Part shown: positions 19,043 to 28,260 of the stretch, piece after piece
Layout: each line of letters opens with the position of its first letter
Numbering within the stretch: the stretch's first letter is position 1
Origin: an uncultured Bacteroidota bacterium
Lineage (GTDB): Bacteria; Bacteroidota; Rhodothermia; Rhodothermales; Salinibacteraceae
Length of the DNA stretch: 64,000 nt
NCBI GenBank assembly: GCA_937127285.1
Contig: CAKZLV010000055.1
Span: 159 to 64,158 of the forward strand
Direction: 5' to 3'
Translations under genes and position numbers: made by a program
The notes under the pieces: model-generated
Told to the model about the DNA's origin: nothing
The model's database searches: none
Seen by the model: the letters and a program-made list of their open reading frames with translations, nothing else

Positions 19043-19168
19043 GGGGAATCGGGGAGACGGGGAGGCGGGGAGACGGGGAAGCGGCGAACTCCCCAACACA
19101 CAACCCACAACACACAACCCGCAACACACAACCAACAACTCCCAACCCTCAACCCGAAACCCAACCCC
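19043..19168 (+). repeat. G-tract array (five GGGG runs, 19043-19078) followed by a C/A-rich degenerate repeat tract (19091-19168)
   Basis: Read directly from the sequence. It fills the spacer between the convergent LLM and TonB-receptor genes. Confidence 0.9.
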
Positions 19169-22105
19169 TCAGTACCCGATGCGGAGGGAGACGACCGGGT
19201 AGCGGCCGGGGAGGGTGCGGGCGAAGCGTTCGAACCGGCCGTCCGGGCGGGAGCGGTAGCGCCATTCGACGACGTTGTCCCGGTCGAGAAGATTGAGAAG
19301 GTCCACCCGGGCCTGCAGGTGCACGCTGCCCCAGGTCCGCCCGTAGGACAGGCCGGCGTCGACGCGAACGAGCGGGGGAAGCACGTCGTCGCCCGGGTCG
19401 GCAAACGTCTCGGCGGGCACCTCGTCGAGCACGGACGACGACAGGCTGGCGGTTGCGAAGCGGGTGGGCGCACAGGCGGAGCCCTCCGTGCAGCGGGCCG
19501 GGGCGAGATAGTCGTAGTACGCCTTCCGGTAGCCCCACGGGCGTCCCCAGATCCCGTCGGCGCGGACCCGTGCGGAGAGGCCGCCGGCAATCGGAAGGGT
19601 GGCGGAGAGCGTGGCGCGGTGGGGCTCGTTCCACGGCGCCGGGATGCGCTCGTCGCCGAAGCGCTGCGGGACGGTGCGGCGGGCGATGCTGTAGGTGTAG
19701 GACGCACGCAGGTCGAGGGCGTCGGCCTCGTAGCGGAGTTGCGCCCCGAGCCCGGTCGCCCGGCCGTCGCTCTCGGCGATGAAATCCGCCTGGTCCAGCG
19801 GCTCCTCGGAGGCGAGACCGGTCGTCTCCACCTCCTGCAACGCCGGGTAGTCGATCGCGAGAAGGCGCGGCTGCCACTTGACGTACCCTTCCAGGCGCAG
19901 ACTCCAGGGATCGGACGGCATCCAGAGCGCCTCTCCGGCGAGGTGCATCGCCCGTTGCGGAGCAAGCGACGCGTCGACCGGCAGCCACATGTGGGTCGTT
20001 GGGACGACGGCCGTGGCACCGTCCCGGCTCAGGTCGAATTCGTTCGTGTACTGGCGATAGAGCCCGCCCGCGAGGCGAACCGCCAGGTCGCCGAGGCCGG
20101 AGACGCTGCGGTCGTAGCGAAGCGCCGCCCGCGGTTCGGCGTAGACGGTCCGGCGGCCCGGAACGTAGGTCAGGCGCGTGCCGGCCTCGACGGTCGTGTG
20201 CAGCCCGAGGGTGGTGGTCGCCCGTGCGGCGAAGCTGCCCCGGGCACCCCACACCTCGTGGTCGAGCGACGGGACGAAGGCGTTCCCGATCCGGAACCGG
20301 CTCGTGAGGTAGCGGGCGTCCGCTGCCAGGCTCAGGCGCGTCGACGCCGAGAGGCTGACGTCCGCCCGGGCCTCGACCCCGGCCTCCGTCACGCGATTCG
20401 TTTCTCGGGGGACGGCGTCGAGGGCCGCTTCACGCGACGGATCGCCCCCTTCCGGCACCTGCAAAAGGCCGGTTTCGTAGCGGGACTCCGATGCATACCG
20501 GCTGAGGAACCCCTGGATCGATAGCGCGGTGCGGGCGCCGACGAGCTGGTCGTAGCGGACCTGCGCGGCCGTGTTGCTCCAGGCGAGCCGGTCGTAGGTC
20601 GGCACCGGCGTGCCGGAGTCCTCCGGCGGCTCCGGGCTCCCCTGCAGCCCTTGGTCGGGCGTCGCGGCGGAAGCGAGCGTCAGGTCGGCCCCCAGGGCGC
20701 TGTATCCCCGGTAGGCCGAAACGGTCAGAGACCGGTAGGCGCTCAGGTCGAATCGAACGGCGCCGTGCAGATCGTAGAGGCGCGTGGTGGGCCGCGCCCG
20801 GCTCTCCGGAAGCGTGGCGCCGGGGGCCAGTCCGCCCTCGTCGCGCCAGGCAGCGGCCAGGATCGGATCGAGGGTCGACCAGCGCTCGATGAGCCCTTGG
20901 AGGGTCGGGTCGCGGTAGACGCCCCACATCCCGACGCGGCCCGCCGCCATGGCGGTGACGTCCTCTCCGCCAACCGATGCCGACGGCGGCGTCTGCAGGC
21001 GGGCGTTCAGGCTGATCGGGTCGGCCTGCACGGTGGCGTACGCGGGCTGGCGGCGCCGCAGGTCGTGCTCGATGTCGACGACGCCCGACAGGTGGCTGCC
21101 CTCCATCACGCCGAAGCCGGCCTTGTGCGTCGTCAGGCGGCCGAGGGCGAGCGGGCTGAAGGCGCTGAGCAGGCGGCCGACGCTGACGGGGTTGCGCACC
21201 GGCACGCCGTCGAGCTCGACCTGGTGCTCCCCGCTCCCGCTCCCCTGGATGTAGAGGTCGGCCAACGGCCCGCCCGTCGTCAGTCCGACCCTCCGCCCCA
21301 TCGACCGCGCGATGTCGGGCGTCCCCCCCGTTCCGGTCGCCTGGAGGTCCGCCCCCGACAGCGCCGCCTCTCCGAGTCCGCCGGACGGTAGGCGACGCCG
21401 GATTCCGTCGACGACGACCGGCTCCGCCGGGATCGTCTTCATCTTCAGGGCAATCCGCCGCCGCTCCCGCTCGCCTGGTGCAACCGTCACGGTGTCGACC
21501 TGCGTCTCGTAGCCGACGTGCGTCACCACAATCCGATGGGTGCCCGGAACGAGCGAGGAAAAGTGAAAGAGCCCGCCTGCACTCGTCGCCGCGCCGGTCG
21601 ACGCGTCGGCGAGGAGCACGTTCGCATTCGCGAGGGGCTCCCCCGTGGAGGCATCCACGACGCGGCCGGCGACGGTCGCCGCGGCGGGCTCCTGCCGTGC
21701 CGATTCGACGAGGATGTACGTGCCGGTCGACGTGATGATAAAGTCGATCGGCACGTCGCGCAGCACGCAGCGGAGGAGATCGGTCGCCGAGGCGTCGGTG
21801 GCCGAGCAGAACACGCGGTGCCCGCGGACGAGGTCGCTGTCGTAGACGAGGCTGCTGCGGGTGGCGGAGGCGATCCGTTCGAGGGCGCGGGCGAGCCGGA
21901 CGTCCCGAAACGTCATCGAGACCGCCGCGGGCGCGTGGGTGGACGCCTCTCGCCCGGTATCCTGTGCGCGAGCGGTCCTGCCGCCCCCCATGGCCGCGAG
22001 AGAGAGCGCGAAGGCGAGGACCCAGACGGCCGCCGTCCCGGGACGCTGCCGGCACGGAGACGCGTTCGACGATTCAGACAGGGACGGGTCCGTCGGCCGA
22101 TGCAT
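19169..22105 (-). CDS. TonB-dependent receptor with an N-terminal STN signalling domain and a carboxypeptidase-regulatory-like domain
   Basis: The start was chosen at MHRPTD (22105); the track ORF extends to 22258. It has a signal peptide, an STN-like block (MTFRDVRLARALERIA), a CarbopepD_reg-like block (GRVVDASTGEPLANANV), a plug, and a beta-barrel ending in ...VSLRIGY. Confidence 0.8.
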   Translation of the reverse strand: MHRPTDPSLSESSNASPCRQRPGTAAVWVLAFALSLAAMGGGRTARAQDTGREASTHAPAAVSMTFRDVRLARALERIASATRSSLVYDSDLVRGHRVFCSATDASATDLLRCVLRDVPIDFIITSTGTYILVESARQEPAAATVAGRVVDASTGEPLANANVLLADASTGAATSAGGLFHFSSLVPGTHRIVVTHVGYETQVDTVTVAPGERERRRIALKMKTIPAEPVVVDGIRRRLPSGGLGEAALSGADLQATGTGGTPDIARSMGRRVGLTTGGPLADLYIQGSGSGEHQVELDGVPVRNPVSVGRLLSAFSPLALGRLTTHKAGFGVMEGSHLSGVVDIEHDLRRRQPAYATVQADPISLNARLQTPPSASVGGEDVTAMAAGRVGMWGVYRDPTLQGLIERWSTLDPILAAAWRDEGGLAPGATLPESRARPTTRLYDLHGAVRFDLSAYRSLTVSAYRGYSALGADLTLASAATPDQGLQGSPEPPEDSGTPVPTYDRLAWSNTAAQVRYDQLVGARTALSIQGFLSRYASESRYETGLLQVPEGGDPSREAALDAVPRETNRVTEAGVEARADVSLSASTRLSLAADARYLTSRFRIGNAFVPSLDHEVWGARGSFAARATTTLGLHTTVEAGTRLTYVPGRRTVYAEPRAALRYDRSVSGLGDLAVRLAGGLYRQYTNEFDLSRDGATAVVPTTHMWLPVDASLAPQRAMHLAGEALWMPSDPWSLRLEGYVKWQPRLLAIDYPALQEVETTGLASEEPLDQADFIAESDGRATGLGAQLRYEADALDLRASYTYSIARRTVPQRFGDERIPAPWNEPHRATLSATLPIAGGLSARVRADGIWGRPWGYRKAYYDYLAPARCTEGSACAPTRFATASLSSSVLDEVPAETFADPGDDVLPPLVRVDAGLSYGRTWGSVHLQARVDLLNLLDRDNVVEWRYRSRPDGRFERFARTLPGRYPVVSLRIGY

Positions 22106-22373
22106 AGGCGGCAGCGAGGACGGCGAAAGAGAGCGGAAGGGCGCAGGCGCCGGGGAGACGGGCCGGGTTCGGGCCGGGTTCGGGCGTCCGTGCGTCGCGA
22201 GAAGCAAGACGAACCGCAGGACCGTCGAGACGCCCGGCCGCGCGCGGTCGTTCCGCATCCGTACCCTGCGGGAGACCGGCCCGTTCCGGCAAAGCCGGTC
22301 GAGAACGGCGGGTCGAGTCTGATGCGGATGGGCGAGTCGTGCGCGGCGAGCTGGGCCGTACGCGACGCAGCCA

Positions 22374-23450
22374 TCACGGATCGTAGATTAAGAGACCGCG
22401 GCTCGTGGGCCGGTAGTTCAGCCCACGGGCGGTGCAGAGATCGCTGACGATCGTTTCCACGCCGGTCGCCGTCGGATAGTAGAGCGAGAGCGGCGCGGAG
22501 GGGTTCTGCACGGAGGCGTCGATGCGGATCTGCACTCCGTACCGGCGCTCCAGTTCGCGGACGATGTCGGTAAGCGGCCGGTCGGTGACCGCGAAGCCAC
22601 CGTCGCGCCACACGAGGGCTCGCTCCAGGTCGACCGGTTCGGGCCGACTCGGGCGGGCGGAGGCGTTCGCCACGGTACTCGACTGGCCCGGCGCATCGAG
22701 CACGACGGCGGCGCCGGCGTTCCGGACGGACGACACGCGAACCCGGCCGCTCGAGACGGTCACGCGCGTTCCCGTCTGCGCCCCCCGGTCGGCGCGCACG
22801 TTAAACTGCGTTCCCAGCACCCGGACGTGCGCATCCGCCGTCTCGACGACGAAGGGCTGCTCCCCGTCCCGAACGTCGAAGAAGGCCTCCCCGTCGAGGT
22901 GGACGGTGCGCGTCTCCGCGTCCCCAAACGGCCACGCCCGGAAGCTGCGGGCATAGGAGAGTGAGGATTCGCTGTTGAGCTGAACGGTCGATCCGTCCGG
23001 CAGCGTGGCCGTCTGGCGCTCCCCCGGCGGGGCGGTGACGGTGACCGGCAGGCTCCAGGCCCACATTCCTCCCAGCACGAGAACCAGAAGCACGGCGGCG
23101 ACCGTCCACGGCCCCGCCCATCGATGCGACGAGCGGGCGGCGCCCTCGCCCCTGCCTGCGGGCTGCGGCGCGCGATCGGCCGGTGCCCGATCGGCCTGGT
23201 GGTTGGTCGGGCCCGTCGGGGCGGGGCGGGACGACGGGTCCGAACGGTCGGCCGATTGGTCGGCCGGATGGTCGGCCAGGCGCTCCTGCAGAGCCTGCCA
23301 CGCAGCGCCCGTCTCCGGGACCTCGTCGTCCCGGCGCAGGGAGCCGAGCCGCTCCCAGAGCGCCTCCAGATCGGCCCGTTCCGGTACAGGTTCCTCGCGC
23401 AGCCGCTCGCGCAGATCCGGCGGCAGGGAGGACGGTTCGTGAGCACTCAT
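22374..23450 (-). CDS. FecR-family anti-sigma factor / transmembrane sensor
   Basis: It has a single TM helix (WTVAAVLLVLVLGG) and a FecR domain (TLPDGSTVQLNSESSL...GEAFFDV...V.VLGTQFNV). Its start overlaps the sigma-factor stop as ATGA. Confidence 0.85.
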   Translation of the reverse strand: MSAHEPSSLPPDLRERLREEPVPERADLEALWERLGSLRRDDEVPETGAAWQALQERLADHPADQSADRSDPSSRPAPTGPTNHQADRAPADRAPQPAGRGEGAARSSHRWAGPWTVAAVLLVLVLGGMWAWSLPVTVTAPPGERQTATLPDGSTVQLNSESSLSYARSFRAWPFGDAETRTVHLDGEAFFDVRDGEQPFVVETADAHVRVLGTQFNVRADRGAQTGTRVTVSSGRVRVSSVRNAGAAVVLDAPGQSSTVANASARPSRPEPVDLERALVWRDGGFAVTDRPLTDIVRELERRYGVQIRIDASVQNPSAPLSLYYPTATGVETIVSDLCTARGLNYRPTSRGLLIYDP

Positions 23451-24022
23451 GAGTCTAACAGTCCGGGTTCATAGGCGTGAACGTTCTGGCGGAGGGACTT
23501 CAGAGCCCGCACGATGTGGTTGTTGACGGTCCGCGGCGAGATATCCATGATCTCGGCGATGGCCTCGTGGCTGAGGCCCTCGAATCGGCTGAGAGAGAGG
23601 GCCTCGCGCTGCCGGCCGGGCAGGTCGTCGATCCACCGCCGGAGCCGCTTGTCGAGCATGCGGGCGTCGACGACCTCGTCCGGGGCGGTATGGGGCGCCG
23701 GCTGGGCCGGCGAGTCGGCGCGCACGTCGTCTTCTTTGTCGGTGCGGGTGCGCCGGTTGCGCTCGTGATTGTAGGCGCGGTTGCGGGCGGTGCGGTAGAG
23801 GTAGGCCTTCAGGGACTGATCCGGGTCGAGCGACCGGCGGCTCTCCCACAGCTTCACAAACACGTCCTGCGTGATGTCCCGGGCCGCGGAGGCGTCGTTC
23901 GTGATCGACCGCACGTACCGAAAAAGGGGGGGGTGCATGGCGTCGAAGACGGCGGCATACGCCTCCCGGTCCGATTGTCGGAGGCGTCGGCACCAGTCCT
24001 CGAACGAAGAATCGGAAGCCAT
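23447..24022 (-). CDS. ECF-type RNA polymerase sigma-70 factor
   Basis: Region 2 shows DITQDVFVKLW. Region 4 shows LPGRQREALSLSRFEGLSHEAIAEIMDISPRTVNNHI. Confidence 0.9.
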   Translation of the reverse strand: MASDSSFEDWCRRLRQSDREAYAAVFDAMHPPLFRYVRSITNDASAARDITQDVFVKLWESRRSLDPDQSLKAYLYRTARNRAYNHERNRRTRTDKEDDVRADSPAQPAPHTAPDEVVDARMLDKRLRRWIDDLPGRQREALSLSRFEGLSHEAIAEIMDISPRTVNNHIVRALKSLRQNVHAYEPGLLDS

Positions 24023-24332
24023 GACGGGGAAACACGAAGATCGAAACGTCCGGCACCGCCGCGCCGGACAAACTGGAACCGGACGGAACGCAGGGGCGGG
24101 ACGTCAGGGGATGCAGGAAGGGGTCCGAAGGGAGAACGCCGGGACGGCCGGTGCGCAGTCGGGCTGCACCCGCACCGCGGGGGTTTCCGCGGCGTCGTTC
24201 ATACAACACATCGGCTGCCGGCGATGACCAGTCCCTCGAGACGGACGCGGACGGACGCGGGCAGACGGTCGGCGACGGGCGGTGCGCAGGAGCCCGGCGA
24301 CTCGCCGAACAGGACGGCCAGCTTCGCGGACG

Positions 24333-26411
24333 TTACGTTTCGTCCCGCGTCATCTGCAGGCAGCGCAGGGCATCGACGCGAACGTGCCATCCGGGCGGCA
24401 CGGTCACCGTCGTGTCGTACTGATGAACGATCGCCGGCCCCTCGAACGCGTGTCCGTGATGGAGATCCTCGCGGGCGTAGGCGGTCGTCTCGACCGGTCC
24501 GTCCGCGTCGAACCAGACCGGGCGGCGTTCCAGGACGGCCTTCTCCAGCGGCGCGTCGGTCTCCGGCTCGGTCGGGAGGTCCGGCGGGGCGGTCGGGATG
24601 CGCCCCCGCACCCGCAGCGCGACGATCTCGACCGGTTCGTCCGTGTCGGCGTGGCCGTACCGCGATCGGTGCCGCTCGTGGAACTCCTCCGTGGCGTCGC
24701 GGACCGCGCGGGGCAGGAGCGAAGACTCCGAGGCGGGCCCCACCTCCTCCACCGGAAGCGGAACGCTCAACTCGTAGCTTTGCCCTTTGTAGCGGGCGTC
24801 CACCTCGGCCTCGATCTGCAGGGCCTCCCGCTCCAGAACGGATTGGACTTCCTTCCACCCGTCCACGAGCGCCCCTTCGAGCGGGCGGGGATCGTTCATG
24901 AGGTCGGCCGCCGGACGCAAGAGCGCGCGGGCGGTGTCGTACGTAACGTCGGCCACCAGGAGGCCGAGGGCGCTGAGGGCGCCGGGGGTGGGCGGCACGA
25001 AGACCCGGTCGGTTCCGAGTGCTTCCGCCAGCGACGCGGCGTGGAGGGGCCCCGCCCCGCCGAACGGCGTCAGCGCATAACCGCGCGGGTCGTGGCCTCG
25101 CTCCACCGATACGCGGCGCAGCGCCCGCTCCATGGTGGCGTCCGCGATTCGGAGGATGCCGAGGGCCGCTTCTTCAACGGAGAGATCGAGGCGATCGGCG
25201 AGCCGTCCGACGGCCTCTTCGGCGGCGTCTGCATCAACCGAGAGCGTGTCGTCTCCTCCCAGGATGTAGTCGGGGTGGAGGCGGCCGAGGACGAGGTGGG
25301 CGTCCGTCACCGTCGGCTTCGTGCCGCCGCGCCCGTAGCAGACGGGACCGGGCTCCGCCCCGGCGCTCTCCGGCCCGACCCGCAGGCTGCCGCCCGTGTC
25401 GACCCGGGCGATGCTCCCGCCGCCGGCCCCGACGGTCTGGATGTCCACGGACGGCAGGCGGAGCGGCTGCCCGGCAATCTCGTGCTCGGTGGTTCGCGGC
25501 ACGGCTCCCTCGCAGAGCGCCACATCCGTGCTCGTGCCCCCCATGTCGAGCGTGAGGAGCGAGGGATGCTCGGTTTCGAGGGCGGGGCGGGCCACGCCGA
25601 GCGCCCCCACGACGCCCGCCGCCGGACCGCTGAGCGCCAGCCGGGCGGCCTGCTCGGCGGCCGTCGAGAGATCGATCGTGCCGCCGTTCGACTGCATGAT
25701 TCGAATCGGTCGCTCCCCGAGGGCAACGGAGAGCTTGTTCAGATAGCGCTCGACGGCCGGGCGCACGGAGGCGTTGACGATCGTCGTCGCCATCCGCTCG
25801 TACTCCCGGTACTCCGGAAGAATCTCGTGGCTTACGGTGACCGGCACCTCCGGCAGGCGGTCGCGGAGGATTTCGGCGATGCGGGCTTCGTGCGTCGCGT
25901 TCCGGTACGAGAAGAGCGTCACGACGGCGATGCTCTCCACGCCCTGCCCGCGCAGCGTATCGACGAGATAGTGGGTCGTGATCTCGTCGAGCGGAACGAT
26001 CACCTCGCCGTCCGCCCCGATGCGCTCGGTGATCTCGTGGCGCAGGTCTTGGGGGACGAGCGGCTCGGGGCGGGAGGGCTGCAGGTCGTAGAGGTCGGGC
26101 CGGTTCTGCCGTCCGATGACCGCCACGTCCCGGAAGCCTTCGGTCGTGATCAGGGCCGTTCGCGCCCCGCGTCGCTCCAGCAGCGCGTTCGTCGCGATGG
26201 TCGTCCCGTGAACGACGGTCGCATCGGAGGGAACGTCGAGCGCCCCGACGCCGGCCACCACGGCGTCGTGCTGCGGGTCGGAGGTGGGGATCTTACGGAC
26301 CTGCACCCGGTCGTCGTCGATCGTGAGAACGTCGGTGAACGTCCCGCCGACGTCGACGCCGACGCGGGTCGCCGACAAAGGGGCCGATGAATCAGACGAA
26401 TCGTCGTCCAT
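24333..26411 (-). CDS. Hydantoinase/oxoprolinase family protein (HyuA-type, A subunit)
   Basis: The ORF was trimmed to MDDDSSD. It shows VGVDVGGTFTD at the N-terminus, LTLDMGGTSTD in the middle, and the hydantoinase_A core. Confidence 0.85.
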   Translation of the reverse strand: MDDDSSDSSAPLSATRVGVDVGGTFTDVLTIDDDRVQVRKIPTSDPQHDAVVAGVGALDVPSDATVVHGTTIATNALLERRGARTALITTEGFRDVAVIGRQNRPDLYDLQPSRPEPLVPQDLRHEITERIGADGEVIVPLDEITTHYLVDTLRGQGVESIAVVTLFSYRNATHEARIAEILRDRLPEVPVTVSHEILPEYREYERMATTIVNASVRPAVERYLNKLSVALGERPIRIMQSNGGTIDLSTAAEQAARLALSGPAAGVVGALGVARPALETEHPSLLTLDMGGTSTDVALCEGAVPRTTEHEIAGQPLRLPSVDIQTVGAGGGSIARVDTGGSLRVGPESAGAEPGPVCYGRGGTKPTVTDAHLVLGRLHPDYILGGDDTLSVDADAAEEAVGRLADRLDLSVEEAALGILRIADATMERALRRVSVERGHDPRGYALTPFGGAGPLHAASLAEALGTDRVFVPPTPGALSALGLLVADVTYDTARALLRPAADLMNDPRPLEGALVDGWKEVQSVLEREALQIEAEVDARYKGQSYELSVPLPVEEVGPASESSLLPRAVRDATEEFHERHRSRYGHADTDEPVEIVALRVRGRIPTAPPDLPTEPETDAPLEKAVLERRPVWFDADGPVETTAYAREDLHHGHAFEGPAIVHQYDTTVTVPPGWHVRVDALRCLQMTRDET

Positions 26412-26611
26412 GACGATACCAGTCGAGAAGGAGAGCCAGTGCAACGACGTCCATCATCCCAAACGCCCCGCTTGAAAGCAAGCGTCCGGGTCGCGCCTGG
26501 GGCGGTGCGCAGTGAGCGTTGGACGTTTGGGCGTTGGACGTTTGGACGTTGGAATGTTCGAGGTTTGGGCGTCGGGATTGCGCGGGAGGGTGAACCGGAC
26601 GGTTGCAGCCG

Positions 26612-27382
26612 TCACGTTCCGTGGCGGCCCTCCCCTTCGGTGAAGCGGCGGGCGCCCTCGGCCGTTTCGCCGCTGTCGAGCACCTCGCGCCCGAGACGCG
26701 CCTCCAGAGAGAGTCCCTCTTCCTCCGTGGCGTCCAGTCCCCGGTAAACGGCCGCCCGGTCGCTCCGCAGGCAGGTCTGGGGGAAGGCGGCGAGGGTGCG
26801 GGCGAGGGTCTCCGCTTCTTCCCACGCGGTTCCGGGATCGACGACCCGGGTGGCAAGCCCGATGCGCTCAGCCTCGTCCGCCTCGACGGGCCGGCCGGTG
26901 AGGATCAGGTCGAGGGCGCGTCCGAGGCCGATGATCTGGGGGAGGCGCTGCGTGCCGCCGTCGACGAGCGGAACGCCGAAGCGCCGGCAGAACACGCCGA
27001 AGACGGCGTCGGATTCGACGACGCGCAGATCGGCCCAGCAGGCGAGTTCGAGTCCCCCGGCCACCGCATACCCCGAAACCGCGGCGATGACCGGTTTGGA
27101 CAGGCGAAGTCGCGTCGGGCCGAGGGGGCCGTCGGCGGACGGGTCGGGGTCGACGGCATGGACGTCCCCTTCCGCGACGGCTTTCAGGTCGGCCCCCGCG
27201 CAGAAGTGCCCGCCGGCGCCGGCGAGGACCGCAACGGCCGCGTCGTCGTCCGCCTCGAATGCCCGAAACGCATCCGCGAGCGTCTCTGCCATCGCCGGAT
27301 CGATCGCATTCCGCCGCTCGGGACGATTCAGCACGATCGTCGTCACCGCACCGCTTCGCTCGACGCGGATGGGAGGAGGCAT
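26612..27382 (-). CDS. Enoyl-CoA hydratase/isomerase (crotonase) family protein
   Basis: The ORF was trimmed to MPPPIRVE. It shows LNRPERRNA, FCAGADL, and AAVSGYAVAGGLELACWADLRV. Confidence 0.85.
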   Translation of the reverse strand: MPPPIRVERSGAVTTIVLNRPERRNAIDPAMAETLADAFRAFEADDDAAVAVLAGAGGHFCAGADLKAVAEGDVHAVDPDPSADGPLGPTRLRLSKPVIAAVSGYAVAGGLELACWADLRVVESDAVFGVFCRRFGVPLVDGGTQRLPQIIGLGRALDLILTGRPVEADEAERIGLATRVVDPGTAWEEAETLARTLAAFPQTCLRSDRAAVYRGLDATEEEGLSLEARLGREVLDSGETAEGARRFTEGEGRHGT

Positions 27383-27509
27383 GGGGGCACGGGAATCGTG
27401 AGTCGTCAATCGTGAGTCGTTCGTCGTGAGAGACGACGTTATGATGGATGGGTTAAGTGGGTCTTCTGAGGGAACGCCCACTTATTCACAATCACCATGA
27501 ACGATTGTC

Positions 27510-27893
27510 GTGGCATACGCAAAGACATTCCGTGATCTCACGGTTTACCAACATACTCGGAAAGAGGCAAAGCGGCTGTTCCTGCTCACCGCCCGGTTCC
27601 CAAAAGCAGAAATGTTTGCGCTAACCGATCAGATCCGGCGCTCGTCAAGAGGGGTTGGCGCACTGATCGCAGAGGCGTGGACACGCCGGCGGTATGAAGC
27701 AGACTTCGTCAACAAGATAAACCAGGCACTGGCGGAAGCGAACGAAACGCAGTCCTGGCTCGATTTTGCTCTCGATTGCGGGTATATCGAGGAAGACGAG
27801 TACCGCGAGATCGATGAGTCATGGCAACACATCGGCGCCATGCTCCGACGCATGATCCAGCGTTCGAACTCTTTCTGCCACTCTCCCGCCTGA
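27510..27893 (+). CDS. Four-helix-bundle protein (23S rRNA intervening-sequence protein family, TIGR02436-like)
   Basis: It has a GTG start and the family-typical blocks FRDLTVYQ...FP..E.F.LTDQIRRSS.SV.A.IAE and E..EA.ETQSWL. The gene is visibly lower in GC than its neighbours. Confidence 0.8.
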   Translation: MAYAKTFRDLTVYQHTRKEAKRLFLLTARFPKAEMFALTDQIRRSSRGVGALIAEAWTRRRYEADFVNKINQALAEANETQSWLDFALDCGYIEEDEYREIDESWQHIGAMLRRMIQRSNSFCHSPA

Positions 27894-28260
27894 CCGCTCA
27901 CCGTGCTGTGCTCTTGCAAAATACGTCAACATCAGTCTGAGGAAAATCTCAGTCGCAGGTAGAATTTTCTCCCCGTCCACTTGCTTCTTCAGAAGAGGAA
28001 CGACGCCTCCCGGCGCAGCTTTCCCCTGTCGGAGTGCCGGAGGTCGGGGCGCTGTGCCGAACACACCGTCGGCTGTCGTGGCCAATGCGATTGGCCATAG
28101 CGAAGACACAGCGGGCGTCTTCGGGAAAGCCGATGCACGCGGCAACACCTCCGACGCATGTTTCACGAGCTACCATTCACGACCCACGACTCACGATTCC
28201 CATCCATCACACACAACGCACAATACACAATACACAACCCACAACCCTCAACCCGGCTCC

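Noticed and set aside
24282-26390. 702-aa plus-strand ORF
   Set aside because: It is antisense to the hydantoinase-family gene, which has unmistakable DVGGTFTD and DMGGTSTD motifs.
27819-28166. 115-aa minus-strand ORF in the right part of the low-GC cassette
   Set aside because: Its 5' half is Ala/Pro/Gly-rich and it overlaps the 3' end of the four-helix-bundle gene. It has no motif. It may be a gene remnant but cannot be supported.
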